From contig CAUVXB020000002.1 of the NCBI GenBank assembly GCA_963555825.3, forward strand, positions 1,248,001 to 1,312,000: a DNA stretch of 64,000 nt, in the 5' to 3' direction. Under the pieces are notes generated by a model, which saw nothing but the letters and a program-made list of their open reading frames with translations, was not told where the DNA came from and did no database searches. The position numbers were made by a program, and so were the translations under genes. The number at the start of each line of letters is the position of its first letter. Positions within the stretch are counted from its first letter, which is position 1. The stretch comes from Alphaproteobacteria bacterium (GTDB taxonomy: Bacteria > Pseudomonadota > Alphaproteobacteria > JAAXGF01). This document shows positions 32,397 through 42,544 of the stretch, piece by piece.

Positions 32397-32927
32397 ATGA
32401 ACGGCCCCCGCGACGACACCGGCGACATCTGGGTATTCGGCTATGGCTCGCTGATGTGGCGGCCCGGCTTCGCGTACCGCGCGGCCGCGCCGGCGCTGCT
32501 GCGCGGCTATCACCGGGCCTTCTGCGTGACCTCTTATCGCCACCGCGGCACGCGCGAGCGGCCCGGCCTGGTGCTCGGCCTCGATCGCGGCGGCTCGTGC
32601 CGCGGCCGCGCCTATCGGGTCGCCGCCGCCGACGCGGCGGCGGTGATCGATTACCTCGACGAGCGTGAACTGATCGACTACCCCTACCGGCGCGCCTGCG
32701 TGCCGATCCAGGCCGCCGGCCGGCGCGTCAGCGCGCTCACCTACCTGATCGATTTCAATCACGCCCAGTACGCCGGCCGGCTCGCGCTCGAAGACACAGC
32801 CGAGATCATCCGCGGCGCCCGCGGCATCTCGGGCGGCAACCCCGACTATCTGCGCGATCTGATCGCCCACCTCGACGAACTCGGCATCCCCGACGGCCCG
32901 CTGCACGCGCTCGCGCGGCTCATCTAA
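32397..32927 (+). CDS. chaC: Gamma-glutamylcyclotransferase, ChaC family
   Basis: WVFGYGSLMWRPG, HRGTRERPGLVLGL, YLDERE, GxNxDYL. Confidence 0.92.
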   Translation: MNGPRDDTGDIWVFGYGSLMWRPGFAYRAAAPALLRGYHRAFCVTSYRHRGTRERPGLVLGLDRGGSCRGRAYRVAAADAAAVIDYLDERELIDYPYRRACVPIQAAGRRVSALTYLIDFNHAQYAGRLALEDTAEIIRGARGISGGNPDYLRDLIAHLDELGIPDGPLHALARLI

Positions 32928-32944
32928 GACGCCGCGCCGAAATT

Positions 32945-33015
32945 AAATGGTGTCAGACACTTTTTAATGTTTTAATTGTTTTATTTCATAGTAATATAAA
33001 GGTGTCTGACACCTA
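32945..33015. repeat. REPIN-like inverted doublet with very AT-rich spacer
   Basis: AAATGGTGTCAGACACTTTT ... AAAGGTGTCTGACACCT between convergent chaC and nrdJ. Confidence 0.75.
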
Positions 33016-33103
33016 ACGTATAGTGTTGCGCCATGGCTGGTCGGCGCGGTGCGGCGCAATGCAGCGCTGCAAATCTGGACCTTGTAACGGCGCGCCGGCC
33101 CTC

Positions 33104-35422
33104 TCACACGCATTTCGAATAGCCGCACGAGGTGCAGATGTCGCAGCCTTCCTGGTGGATGAGCGACGGCGAGAAGCACTTCGGGCAGGAGCGGAAGCGT
33201 GTGTCGCGCGGCGTCTCGTCGCCCACCGCCTTGCGCAGCGCCTCGGCCGCCGGCGTCACCGAGTCGGGCGCCGGCAGGAAGCCGATGTCGATCATGTGGC
33301 GCTCGATGACGTCGCCGATGGCGGCGATGATCGACGGCACGTAGCGGCCCTCGACCCAATGGCCGCCGCGCGGGTCGAACACCGCCTTGAGCTCGTCGAC
33401 GACGAACGAGACATCGCCGGCACGCCGGAACACCGCCGAGATCATGCGTGTCAGCGCCAGCGTCCAGGCGTAATGCTCCATGTTCTTCGAATTGATGAAA
33501 ATCTCGAAGGGCCGCCGGCGGCCGTCGCGGATGATGTCGTTGATGGTGATGTACATGGCGTGATCGCTTTCCGGCCAGCGCACCTTGTAGGTCGCGCCGG
33601 GCAGCGATTCGGGCCGATCCAGCGGCTGCGTCATGTAGATCACACCGCCCGCCTCGAAGCGGTCGGCGGAACGCGGCGGCTGCGACTTCAGGGGCAACTC
33701 GGCCTGCTTGTCCTCGGCCGCATCCTCGGCGGGCTTCTCGAGGACGGCGCCGGTCACCGGGTTGGGCCGATAGGTCGTGCAGCCCTTGAGACCGAGCGCG
33801 TAGGCCTCGCGGTAGATGTCCTTGAAATCGTCGAACGAGATGTCCTCGGGGCAGTTGATGGTCTTCGAGATCGAACTGTCGACATGGCGCTGGACGGCGG
33901 CCTGGACGCGCAGGTGGTCCCGGGGCGTCAGCATTTGGATGTCGACGAAACTGTCGGGCAGCGGCGTCTTTTCGCCCTTGAGCCGGCGGAAAAGGCGGGC
34001 CGCCGGGTCGCTCACCTCCTCGGGCGTCCGCGTGCCGTCGGGCATCAGCACGTTGCGCGTATAGGCATAGCTGAAGACCGGCTCGAGCCCCGAGGAAACG
34101 TTGTCGGCGAGCAGCGATATCGTGCCGGTCGGCGCGATCGAGGTGAGCAGCGCGTTGCGGATACCGTGTTCGGCAATCGCCGCGCGGACGTCCTCGTCGA
34201 GCCCGGCGACCGTCTCGCCGGCCAGATAGCGCTCGGCGTCGTAGAGCGGAAAGGCGCCCTTCTCGGCGGCGAGCTGGACCGAAGCCAGATAGGCGGCGCG
34301 CGACAGCCGCGCGGTCCATTCGGCGGCCAGTTCGAGCGAGCGGTCGCCGCCATAGCGCGCGCCGACCATGATCAGCGCGTCGGCGAGGCCGGTGATGCCG
34401 AGGCCGATGCGCCGCTTGGCGCGGGCCTCCCGCGCCTGGGCGTCGAGCGGGAAATTCGAGACCTCGATGGCGTTATCGAGCATGCGCACGGCAACCGGCA
34501 CCAGCGCGTCGAGCGCCGCGAGGTCGAGATGCGCATTCTCCTCGAACGGATCGACGATTAACCGCGCCAGGTTGATCGAACCCAACAGGCACGCGCCATA
34601 CGGCGGCAACGGCTGCTCTCCGCAAGGATTGGTCGCATGGATGGTTTCGGCGTAGTGCAGGTTGTTGCGCCGGTTGATGCGGTCGATGAAGATCACGCCC
34701 GGCTCGGCATAGGCGTAGGTCGCGCGCATGATCTTGTCCCACAGCTCGCGTGCGCCGACCGACCGGTAGGTGACGCCGCCGAAGGTCAGCTCCCAGGCGC
34801 GGTCCTCCCTGACCGCGTCCATGAAGGCGTCGGTGACCAGCACCGAGAGGTTGAACATGCGCAGCCGCCCGGGCTCGCGCTTGGCGTCGATGAAGACCTC
34901 GATGTCGGGATGGTCGCAGCGCAGCGTCGCCATCATGGCGCCGCGCCGGTGACCGGCGCTCATGATGGTGCGGCACATGGCGTCCCACACGTCCATGAAC
35001 GAGAGCGGCCCCGAGGCGTCGGCGCCGACGCCGCGCACCGGCGCGCCCTTGGGCCTGAGCGTCGAGAAATCGTAGCCGATGCCGCCGCCCTGTTGCATGG
35101 TCAGCGCGGCTTCCTTGAGATGCTCGAAGATGCCCGTCATGTCGTCGGGAACGACGCCCATGACGAAGCAGTTGAACAGCGTCACCGAGCGCCCGGCGCC
35201 GGCGCCGGCGAGGATGCGCCCGGCCGGCAGGAAGCGGAAATCGGCCATCGCCTCGCAGAAGCGGTCCCGCCACGCGGCCGGATCGTCCTCGGCGGCGGCG
35301 AGCGCGCCGGCGACGCGGCGCCAGCTGTCCTCGATCGAGCCGTCGAGCGGCGTGCCGTCGGCCGCGTGCAGACGGTATTTCATGTCCCAGATGCGCAGTG
35401 AGATGGGTGCGATGTCGGACAA
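33104..35422 (-). CDS. nrdJ: Adenosylcobalamin-dependent (class II) ribonucleotide reductase
   Basis: PAGRIL, TLFNCF, EPGVIFID, TNPCGEQPL, IAPTGTIS, SISKTIN, C-terminal CPKC...CxxCxxCGYSKC. Confidence 0.95.
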   Translation of the reverse strand: MSDIAPISLRIWDMKYRLHAADGTPLDGSIEDSWRRVAGALAAAEDDPAAWRDRFCEAMADFRFLPAGRILAGAGAGRSVTLFNCFVMGVVPDDMTGIFEHLKEAALTMQQGGGIGYDFSTLRPKGAPVRGVGADASGPLSFMDVWDAMCRTIMSAGHRRGAMMATLRCDHPDIEVFIDAKREPGRLRMFNLSVLVTDAFMDAVREDRAWELTFGGVTYRSVGARELWDKIMRATYAYAEPGVIFIDRINRRNNLHYAETIHATNPCGEQPLPPYGACLLGSINLARLIVDPFEENAHLDLAALDALVPVAVRMLDNAIEVSNFPLDAQAREARAKRRIGLGITGLADALIMVGARYGGDRSLELAAEWTARLSRAAYLASVQLAAEKGAFPLYDAERYLAGETVAGLDEDVRAAIAEHGIRNALLTSIAPTGTISLLADNVSSGLEPVFSYAYTRNVLMPDGTRTPEEVSDPAARLFRRLKGEKTPLPDSFVDIQMLTPRDHLRVQAAVQRHVDSSISKTINCPEDISFDDFKDIYREAYALGLKGCTTYRPNPVTGAVLEKPAEDAAEDKQAELPLKSQPPRSADRFEAGGVIYMTQPLDRPESLPGATYKVRWPESDHAMYITINDIIRDGRRRPFEIFINSKNMEHYAWTLALTRMISAVFRRAGDVSFVVDELKAVFDPRGGHWVEGRYVPSIIAAIGDVIERHMIDIGFLPAPDSVTPAAEALRKAVGDETPRDTRFRSCPKCFSPSLIHQEGCDICTSCGYSKCV

Positions 35423-35522
35423 CGAAGGCTCCTCGGGGACAAACGCGCGGCCCCTTGCGGGGCCCGGAAGATGCCGGGGGGAACTCGAATTCTAGGCTGA
35501 TCGGACCGTTACGTCAACGATT

Positions 35523-35537
35523 GTTCCACGTTTGTTT
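35523..35537. promoter_or_regulatory. Possible LexA box upstream of nrdJ
   Basis: GTTC-CACGTTT-GTTT, one mismatch to GTTC-N7-GTTC. Confidence 0.4.
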
Positions 35538-35640
35538 CCACACGAAAGCGCACCCATCCGATACGTCTAATTTGTTGAATTTACGCGTTTATTTGTGATA
35601 ACTCCTGCGCCTCACAGGGGTCCGCGAGAGGTGTTGCCGG

Positions 35641-36372
35641 CTAATCCACAGAGTTATCCACAAGCGATTCGGCGATCAACGCGGCGCTCGCGGTCTCGAC
35701 GCGGTGTTCGAGCTCCTGCATGAACGCGCGGCTCTTCAAACCGGTCGGCATGGCGGGCAGGAATTCGACGATGATGCGCCCCGGCCGCTTGACGAAGCTG
35801 CGCCGACCCCAGAACAGACCCGAGTTAAGCGCCATCGGCACGACCGGCGCGTCGACTTTGGCGGCGATCATCGCGATGCCGGGGTGATAGGGCAGACGCG
35901 CGCCCGGCGCCGCGCGCGTGCCTTCGGGAAAGATCACCACCTGGCGGCCCGCCGCGATCGCCCCGCGCACGCCCTCGACCATGGCCTTGAGCGCACTGCC
36001 GCCGCCCTGGCGGTCGACGGCGATCGAACCCGTCTTCCACGCGCACCAGCCATAGAGCGGGATCCTCAGCAGCTCCTTCTTCACGACGTAGACCGGGTCG
36101 GCGAGGTACTCGATCAGCGTGATCGTCTCCCACGCGGACTGGTGCTTGGCGCAGAGCACGACCGAGCCGGCCGGCAGGTTCTCGGTGCCGCGGAATTCCG
36201 CGGTCAGGCCGACGATGGTGGCGAGCTGCCAGCGGATGCCGCGCGCCCAGATGAACAGGCAGGCGCGAAGCACCGGCCGGGGCAGGACGAACGTCGGCAT
36301 GAAGACCACGCCGCAGATCATCGTCCAGCCATAGAAGGCGACGTTGAACAGAGCCGAACGCAGCAGGTTCAT
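35641..36372 (-). CDS. plsC: 1-acyl-sn-glycerol-3-phosphate acyltransferase
   Basis: KHQSAWET, KKELL, IFPEGTR, VPMALNSG. Confidence 0.9.
   Translation of the reverse strand: MNLLRSALFNVAFYGWTMICGVVFMPTFVLPRPVLRACLFIWARGIRWQLATIVGLTAEFRGTENLPAGSVVLCAKHQSAWETITLIEYLADPVYVVKKELLRIPLYGWCAWKTGSIAVDRQGGGSALKAMVEGVRGAIAAGRQVVIFPEGTRAAPGARLPYHPGIAMIAAKVDAPVVPMALNSGLFWGRRSFVKRPGRIIVEFLPAMPTGLKSRAFMQELEHRVETASAALIAESLVDNSVD
35642..35662 (+). promoter_or_regulatory. Tandem DnaA boxes upstream of nrdJ, inside the plsC 3' end
   Basis: TAATCCACA (35642-35650, 1 mismatch) and perfect TTATCCACA (35654-35662). Confidence 0.65.
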
Positions 36373-37013
36373 CGGGCCCCGTCCCGGGCGCCGATAACGG
36401 TGCTGACCAGATGCTTGGTGTATTCGCTGGCGATCAGGCTGGCGGTGCCGGGCCAGCGCCACCAGGCGTCGACATGGACGCTGTCGCTCGACACCGGGTG
36501 AGCGATCAACGTCACCGTCGGCATGGCGCGGCGGAATTCGGCCAGGCTGCGCGGCATGTGGTAGTCCGCGGTTACCAGGCGCAACGAGGCGAAACCCTCG
36601 TCGGCCATCCAGCGCGCCGTCTCGCGGGCGTTACCGGCGGTATCGACCGCGCTATGGCCGATCGCGATGCAACATGCGAGCGCCTCGGGCGTCTGTTGCG
36701 AGACGCGCAGAATCTCGGCAACGTCGACGCCGCGGTAGACGCCCGAGACGAACAGCTTCTTGGCGCGGCCCTCGCGCAGCAGCTCGAAGCCGACGCCGAG
36801 GCGCCCGGCGCCGCCGGTCAAGACGACGATCGCGTCGGTCGTTGCGGTCGGCTCGGCCGGCGCGCGCGGGATCGCAGCGGCGAACCAGATCAGGCCGGCG
36901 AGCCACAGCGCAGCGAGCGCAGCGATGCCGCCTAACGCGACGATCACCAACCGCAGGCGGCGGTTGCGCGCGCCGCCCGTCGCCGCGTCGGACGTCCCGG
37001 ACAGCTCGTTCAT
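36369..37013 (-). CDS. YdcF/DUF218 family protein
   Basis: TM anchor; DAIVVLTGG, DTAGNA, LVTADYHMPRS, SEYTK. Confidence 0.9.
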   Translation of the reverse strand: MNELSGTSDAATGGARNRRLRLVIVALGGIAALAALWLAGLIWFAAAIPRAPAEPTATTDAIVVLTGGAGRLGVGFELLREGRAKKLFVSGVYRGVDVAEILRVSQQTPEALACCIAIGHSAVDTAGNARETARWMADEGFASLRLVTADYHMPRSLAEFRRAMPTVTLIAHPVSSDSVHVDAWWRWPGTASLIASEYTKHLVSTVIGARDGAR

Positions 37014-37888
37014 GGCATCGCCGCGAGCGCGCGGAGCACGGTCACCCTGGCCGTCGCCATGGCGACCAGGGCGCTGGCCACCGGCAGCAGGGCGAGCGCC
37101 AGGTAGGCCGCCGGCGTCAGGCTGAGCCGTGGCAGCAGCGGCGCCTCGAGGCCACTCGCGAAGGTGCCGACGGCCGCCAGGGTCAGCGCGGCGAGGACCA
37201 GGCCGATCAAGCCGCCCTTGAGTCCGAGGCGGAGCGCGAGGCGGCCGAAGCTGCGCGCGATGAAACTGTCCTGGGCGCCGATCAGATGCAGCACCTCGAC
37301 GGTGTCGTGGTGCAGCGCAAGGCTGGTGCGCGTCGTGAACACCACGGTGCCGACCGTGGCGGCGACGATCGCCAGCACCACCGCGAGCGCGGCGAACTGG
37401 ACGGCGCGCGCGGCCGAGGCGACGCGCGCCAGCCATTCGCCATGATCGTCGATTTCGGCGCCCGGCGCCGCCGCCTTCAACCGCGCGTCCAACGCCGCCG
37501 TGTCGAGCGGCGTCTCGCCGTCGAGCTTGACGTCGATCAGCCAGGGTAGCGGCAGCTCGACATCGACGTTGCCGGCGCCGAGCCACGGCTCCAGGAGGGC
37601 GACGATCTCGGCGCGGGCGAGCGCGTCCGCCTGGGCGACGCCGGGGGTCGCGCGCAGCACCGCGACGGCGGCGTCGACATGATCGGTGTCGTCATCGGCG
37701 CCGGGCGGCGGCACCTGCACGGTGATCGTGCCGGCGCGCGCGCCCTGCCACTCCGCGACCGCGCCGTTGAGCGCCAGGGCGCCGGCCAGGGCGAGCGCCG
37801 CGAGATAGACCTTGAGCGCGACGATCCAGGGCAGGAAGCGGCTCGCCGGGTCGCCCTTGAGCGGCAGCGTCGGATAGGATGTCGCCAT
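37010..37888 (-). CDS. ftsX: Cell division permease FtsX
   Basis: Four-TM layout, LLEPWLG, VEVLHLIGA; downstream of ftsE. Confidence 0.88.
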   Translation of the reverse strand: MATSYPTLPLKGDPASRFLPWIVALKVYLAALALAGALALNGAVAEWQGARAGTITVQVPPPGADDDTDHVDAAVAVLRATPGVAQADALARAEIVALLEPWLGAGNVDVELPLPWLIDVKLDGETPLDTAALDARLKAAAPGAEIDDHGEWLARVASAARAVQFAALAVVLAIVAATVGTVVFTTRTSLALHHDTVEVLHLIGAQDSFIARSFGRLALRLGLKGGLIGLVLAALTLAAVGTFASGLEAPLLPRLSLTPAAYLALALLPVASALVAMATARVTVLRALAAMP

Positions 37889-37889
37889 G

Positions 37890-38570
37890 TCAACCGGCCT
37901 TGCGCCGCTGCCCGGCGACGAAGCCGAGCGTGCCGCCTTCGAGGCGCACCACCGGATGATCGAAGCCGGCGACCAGAGATTCGTTATGCGTCGCGATGAC
38001 CACGGTGGTGCCGATCTTGTTGAGCTCCTCGAACAGATAAAGCAGGCGCATGCCGACGTCGGCGTCGACATTGCCGGTCGGCTCGTCGGCGAGCAGCAGG
38101 CGCGGCCGCGTGATCACCGCGCGGGCGATCGCGACGCGCTGTTTCTGGCCGCCCGACAGCGTCGCCGGCAGGGCGTCGACATGGTCGCCCAGACCGACCC
38201 AGTGCAACAGCTCGCGGACATGGTCGCGGACCTGCTCGTCACGCGCGCCGGCGATGCGCAGCGGCAGGACGACGTTCTCGAAGGCGGTCAGATGGTCGAG
38301 CAGGCGGAAGTCCTGGAAGACGACGCCGATCTTGCGGCGGATCGCCGGCAACTCGGTGCGCGCGAGCATCGCGATGTCGCGGTCGAACAGGCTGATCAGG
38401 CCGCGCGACGGGCGATGCGCCAGATACATGATCCTGAGCAGCGACGACTTGCCGGCGCCGCTCGGCCCGACCAGGAAATGGAACGAGCCGGCTTCGAGCG
38501 TGAAATTGATGTCGTGCAGCACTTCGGGCCCGGTGCCGTAGCGCATGCCGACGTTCTCGAAACGAACCAA
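37890..38570 (-). CDS. ftsE: Cell division ATP-binding protein FtsE
   Basis: [33 protein letters not shown]; TTG start after GGAGGGAG. Confidence 0.93.
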   Translation of the reverse strand: MVRFENVGMRYGTGPEVLHDINFTLEAGSFHFLVGPSGAGKSSLLRIMYLAHRPSRGLISLFDRDIAMLARTELPAIRRKIGVVFQDFRLLDHLTAFENVVLPLRIAGARDEQVRDHVRELLHWVGLGDHVDALPATLSGGQKQRVAIARAVITRPRLLLADEPTGNVDADVGMRLLYLFEELNKIGTTVVIATHNESLVAGFDHPVVRLEGGTLGFVAGQRRKAG

Positions 38571-38726
38571 TTTGGCTCCCTCCCTCGGCGTCGGCGCCGG
38601 TCGGACGCCTGTGGCGGCGCAGCATGGCACAACGCGCCGGCCCGCGTCCAGCACCGCCCGAGCGGCCTTGCCATGGCCCGGCCAATCCGCCTATAACGAA
38701 GCGGTCTTCAAAGTAAGCCAGTCATC

Positions 38727-39377
38727 ATGATCCTGACCTGTCCGTCCTGCTCGACGCGCTATCTAATCGATCCTTCGGCGCTCGGCGAGATTGGCCGGGT
38801 GGTGCGCTGCGCGCGCTGTGCGCATAGCTGGATGGAGACCCCGCCCGAGGACATGCCCAAGCGCGTCGACGTCGCCGTGGCGCCCGCCGTGGCACGGCCG
38901 ATTCCGCCGGGCTCGAACCTGCCGGCGCTGCCCGATGCGCCGAGATCGTCGGGCTGGGCGTCATGGGCCGCGCTTGCCGCGGTCGTTATCGCGGTGCTCG
39001 GCGGCACGGTGGCGGCGCGCGAGCGGATCGTCGAAGCCTGGCCGCTCACCGAGCGGCTCTACCTGCTCGCCGGGCTGGCCGAGCCCAAGCCGTCGACGAA
39101 CTTCATTCTGCGCCGGATCCAGTCGTCGACCTTTCTCGATGATGGCCACACGATCGTCGTCGTGACCGGCGAGATCGTCAACGTCTCGGGCGAGACGCGG
39201 CTGGTGCCCAACCTCGAGGCGCGCGTCTTCGACAGCGAACAGCGCATTCTTGACCGCTGGATCGTGGCGCCGCCGATCGCGCAGCTCGCGCCCGGCGGGA
39301 CGGTGGCGTTCAGCGACCGCTTCGCCGATCCACCGGTCGGTTATGCGCAACTCTCCGTCGACTTCGCGACACGCTGA
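38727..39377 (+). CDS. MJ0042-type zinc-ribbon / DUF3426-like membrane protein
   Basis: CPSCxTRY...VRCARCAHSW, central TM, Ig-like C-terminus. Confidence 0.88.
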   Translation: MILTCPSCSTRYLIDPSALGEIGRVVRCARCAHSWMETPPEDMPKRVDVAVAPAVARPIPPGSNLPALPDAPRSSGWASWAALAAVVIAVLGGTVAARERIVEAWPLTERLYLLAGLAEPKPSTNFILRRIQSSTFLDDGHTIVVVTGEIVNVSGETRLVPNLEARVFDSEQRILDRWIVAPPIAQLAPGGTVAFSDRFADPPVGYAQLSVDFATR

Positions 39378-39409
39378 CATGATGACGCCAGTACGCCCGA
39401 GAGTTCGCC

Positions 39410-39952
39410 ATGACGCGTGATGAGACGCCCGCGGTCGAGCCGCTGTTCAGCGCCGACGAGATAGCCGTCCGGGTCGAGGCGATCGCCGCGGAGATCGCCG
39501 GCACGATGCCCAAGGACCTGCTCATCGTCGCGATCCTCAAGGGTGGCTTCGTCTTCGTCGCCGACCTGATCCGCGCACTGCACTATGCCGGCATGCGGCC
39601 GCAAGTCGATTTCATGACGCTGTCGAGCTACGGCGCGGCGACCGAGAGTTCGGGCCACGTGGTGATCACCCGCGACATCACCGACGACGTCGCGGGCCGC
39701 GACGTGTTGATCGTCGACGACATCCTCGAGTCGGGCCGCACGATCTCGGGCGCCCAGCAGCTGCTGCTCAACCGCGGCGCGCGGACGGCCAAGCTCTGCG
39801 TGCTGTTGGACAAGCCGGGCAAGCGCAAGGTCGATTGCGCGGCCGACTTCATCGGTTTCATCGTCGAGGACCGCTTCGTCGTCGGCTACGGCCTCGACTA
39901 CGCCCACCTGTTCCGCGACCTGCCCTACATCGGCACCATCGTGCCGACCTGA
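39410..39952 (+). CDS. hpt: Hypoxanthine phosphoribosyltransferase
   Basis: ILKGG, SSYG, VLIVDDILESGRT, FVVGYGLDY. Confidence 0.94.
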   Translation: MTRDETPAVEPLFSADEIAVRVEAIAAEIAGTMPKDLLIVAILKGGFVFVADLIRALHYAGMRPQVDFMTLSSYGAATESSGHVVITRDITDDVAGRDVLIVDDILESGRTISGAQQLLLNRGARTAKLCVLLDKPGKRKVDCAADFIGFIVEDRFVVGYGLDYAHLFRDLPYIGTIVPT

Positions 39953-39979
39953 GGCGCCGCTACAATCCGGTGAAGCACT

Positions 39980-40064
39980 GTAATAACGGGGTCAGACTCC
40001 GTTATTACTGTTTGTTGACATTGACATATAATGGTGTCTGACACCGTTAAATCAGACCCCGTTT
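39980..40064. repeat. REP-like hairpin cluster (two full, one partial)
   Basis: GTAATAACGGGGTCAGACTCCGTTATTAC, AATGGTGTCTGACACCGTT, TCAGACCCCGTTT. Confidence 0.72.
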
Positions 40065-40108
40065 AAACTGCCGTTTAATCCTTGGATGCTTACGAGGCGC
40101 GGGGCGCG

Positions 40109-42544
40109 TCAGAAGCGCTGCAACAGGCGGTTGATGTATTCGCGCTCGATCCCCGGACGGCTCAACTCGCCCGAGCGGCGATAGAGCTCCTCCAGGATCG
40201 TCCGGCTGCGCTGCAGTTCGGCCTCGTCGGGTACCCGGGTGCGGCCGTCGTCCTGATAGCCGTAGCCGAGCACGCCGCGGCCCAGCGGATCGCGCGCGCC
40301 GTTAAACATGCCGAGGTTGCCGCCCGGCCGCTGCGGCCCGCGTTCGAGCTGCTCGAGCATCGCCTCGAGCATCGACTGCGAGCCCTGTTGCATGTGGTCG
40401 AGCGCCTCGGACTGCGCGCCGACGGCCTGGCCGGGCAGCTGCTCGCCGAGCGAACGCCCGGCCTCGCGCATGGCGCGTTCGGCGCGGCCCAGCGGGCGCG
40501 GGATCGGCAGGCCGGTCTCGCTCCACTGCAGCATCAGCTCGCCGAGCCGCCGGCGCAACGCTTCCTGCGAGCCCTTGCCGATGCGCGCCGGTCCGTCCTG
40601 GCCCCAGGATTCGGGGCCCTGCTGCGCCCAGCGGAAGGTCTGATCGAGCAGCTGTTGCTGCTGCTGCATGAGGTTCTCGAGGTTGCGCAGCGCCGCCTCG
40701 CCCTGGCCAGGGCCTTGATCGTTCGACGCCGCCATGCGCCCGGCCTTGAGGTTCTCGAGCATCTCCTGCAGCCGCGCCAGGAGGTCGCGAGCGGCCTCGC
40801 GCGAACCGGTGCGGTAGAGCTCGCGGGCGTGTTCGAGCATCTCCATCAGCTCGTCGCGCTGGATCGCCTGGTCGAGCTCCTCGCGCAGCTCGGCAGCGAG
40901 GTCGCTCCGCTGCGCGGCCTGCTCGGCGAGCGCCGCGAGGAACTTGTCGAGCGTTTCGCGCAGCTCGTCCATCAGGCGCTCGATCTCTGCGTCGCTGGCG
41001 TCCGAGTTCAGCGCGTCCATGAGCGCCTGCTGGGCCTCGCGAAGCTCTTGCTCGGCGAGCGCGACGGGGCCTTCCTCGATCGACAGCGCGATGTCCCACA
41101 GCAAGTCCTGGAGCTCCGCGATGACCTTGTCCGAACGGTCGTAGCGCAGCCGCGCGCTGGCCACGCGCAGGCCGAGGAATACCTTCAGGTCCTCGAAGAA
41201 ATGGCGCGGATCGCGCACCAGTTTGTCGAGCTCGCTGCGCACCGCGTCGCGCTTGGTCGGGTCGATGGTGAGAGCCTTGCGCTGCTCGATGACGGCGCGC
41301 GCGACCGGGTGGTTGAAGATGCGCTCGGGCATCAGCGTCGGGATCGCCTCGCTGTCGCCGGCTTGACCGAGTCCGTCGACGGCGCGCAGCGCGATGGTCA
41401 CCTGAAGCCCCGCCCAAGGGTGCGGCGTCAGGTCGTGGTAGCTCGAATCGTCGACCGCCCGGGTGCCGGCGCGCAACAACGAGAGATCGAGCGTGAACGA
41501 CTGCGATGTGTCGTCCAAGCGCCGGATGATGGCGTGGACCGAGGCAAGCCCGTAGTCGTCCTCGGCGATGTAGTCGAGCCTGAGCGCCGCGCGATAGGTG
41601 CGCGACGGCGGGCTGGAGAATTCGATCAACGGCGGCTGGTCGACGATCAGCGCGATCGGCCATGCGGCGATTTCGTGACCGCCCTGGGTGACGGCGAGGC
41701 GCGCACCCGCATCGAGCGCAGCGCTGATCTCGAAGTTGGCCTGATCAATCGCGTCGAACGGTACGACCACATCGTCGACCGCGAGCTCGGGCACGGCGGC
41801 GCCACCGTGGACGCGGGCCAGCACCGTACTGCCGACCGGCAGCCGCACGGCGGCCGGCGCGGCGCCGCTCGGCGGCCGCGCGGCTTCGGTCAGGAAGATC
41901 GGCGCGGCGCCGGTGTAATGCGGCGGCGTGATCCACAGCGTCAATTCGCCCGGGCCGGTCGGTCCGGGCGCCGAGAAGTCGGGCTGGAAGGCGCGCGCCA
42001 GGCGGCCGGTGCTGCCGTCTCCGGCGGCGGCGAAGGCGACGACCAGGACCAGAACGAGGACGGCGCGCAGGCCGATCGGATCGTGCCGCGCCATGCCGGG
42101 CGAGGCGATGCCGACGCGCAACCGGCCGGCGCGCGCCAGCATGCGCTTGAGATGGGCGCGCCACAACGCCTGGGCGACCGTGTCGCTGGGCGCCGCGAGC
42201 GGCCGGTCGTCGAGCGTCCCGAGCGGCCGGTGGGCGAGGCCGCTGGCCAGCTCGATTCGGCGCACGGCCTCGGTTTCGCCGGGCGCCTCGAGCCGTCGCA
42301 GGCCGCGCGCCAGGACGCCGAACAGCGCGACGGCGAAAGCCGCCAGCAGAGCGACGTGGAGCCAGCCTGGGGTGAAGCGCCAGACGCCGAACAGCGACAG
42401 CGCGACGAAAACACCGGCGACGAATACGCCGGGCCAGAGCGCCGGCCACAGCCGCTCCCAGAATAGCGCCGCCCGCGCCAGCCGGACGCGGCGCCGGCGC
42501 GCCACGGAAACCTCGTGGATTGTTCGGACCGTTCCGCCGGCCAT
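40109..42544 (-). CDS. TIGR02302 / DUF4175 family protein
   Basis: WERLWP, LWITPPxYTG, EDDYG, HPWAG, LPER-like MPERIF, RDPLGR, ELYRR; next to lysA. Confidence 0.88.
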   Translation of the reverse strand: MAGGTVRTIHEVSVARRRRVRLARAALFWERLWPALWPGVFVAGVFVALSLFGVWRFTPGWLHVALLAAFAVALFGVLARGLRRLEAPGETEAVRRIELASGLAHRPLGTLDDRPLAAPSDTVAQALWRAHLKRMLARAGRLRVGIASPGMARHDPIGLRAVLVLVLVVAFAAAGDGSTGRLARAFQPDFSAPGPTGPGELTLWITPPHYTGAAPIFLTEAARPPSGAAPAAVRLPVGSTVLARVHGGAAVPELAVDDVVVPFDAIDQANFEISAALDAGARLAVTQGGHEIAAWPIALIVDQPPLIEFSSPPSRTYRAALRLDYIAEDDYGLASVHAIIRRLDDTSQSFTLDLSLLRAGTRAVDDSSYHDLTPHPWAGLQVTIALRAVDGLGQAGDSEAIPTLMPERIFNHPVARAVIEQRKALTIDPTKRDAVRSELDKLVRDPRHFFEDLKVFLGLRVASARLRYDRSDKVIAELQDLLWDIALSIEEGPVALAEQELREAQQALMDALNSDASDAEIERLMDELRETLDKFLAALAEQAAQRSDLAAELREELDQAIQRDELMEMLEHARELYRTGSREAARDLLARLQEMLENLKAGRMAASNDQGPGQGEAALRNLENLMQQQQQLLDQTFRWAQQGPESWGQDGPARIGKGSQEALRRRLGELMLQWSETGLPIPRPLGRAERAMREAGRSLGEQLPGQAVGAQSEALDHMQQGSQSMLEAMLEQLERGPQRPGGNLGMFNGARDPLGRGVLGYGYQDDGRTRVPDEAELQRSRTILEELYRRSGELSRPGIEREYINRLLQRF

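Noticed and set aside
35500-35665. Replication origin
   Set aside because: Only two good DnaA boxes, a short AT-rich patch and no hemE/dnaA/parAB context; a promoter role is more likely
40047-40078. CtrA box (TTAA-N7-TTAA)
   Set aside because: Half-site spacings are 12 and 8, not 7
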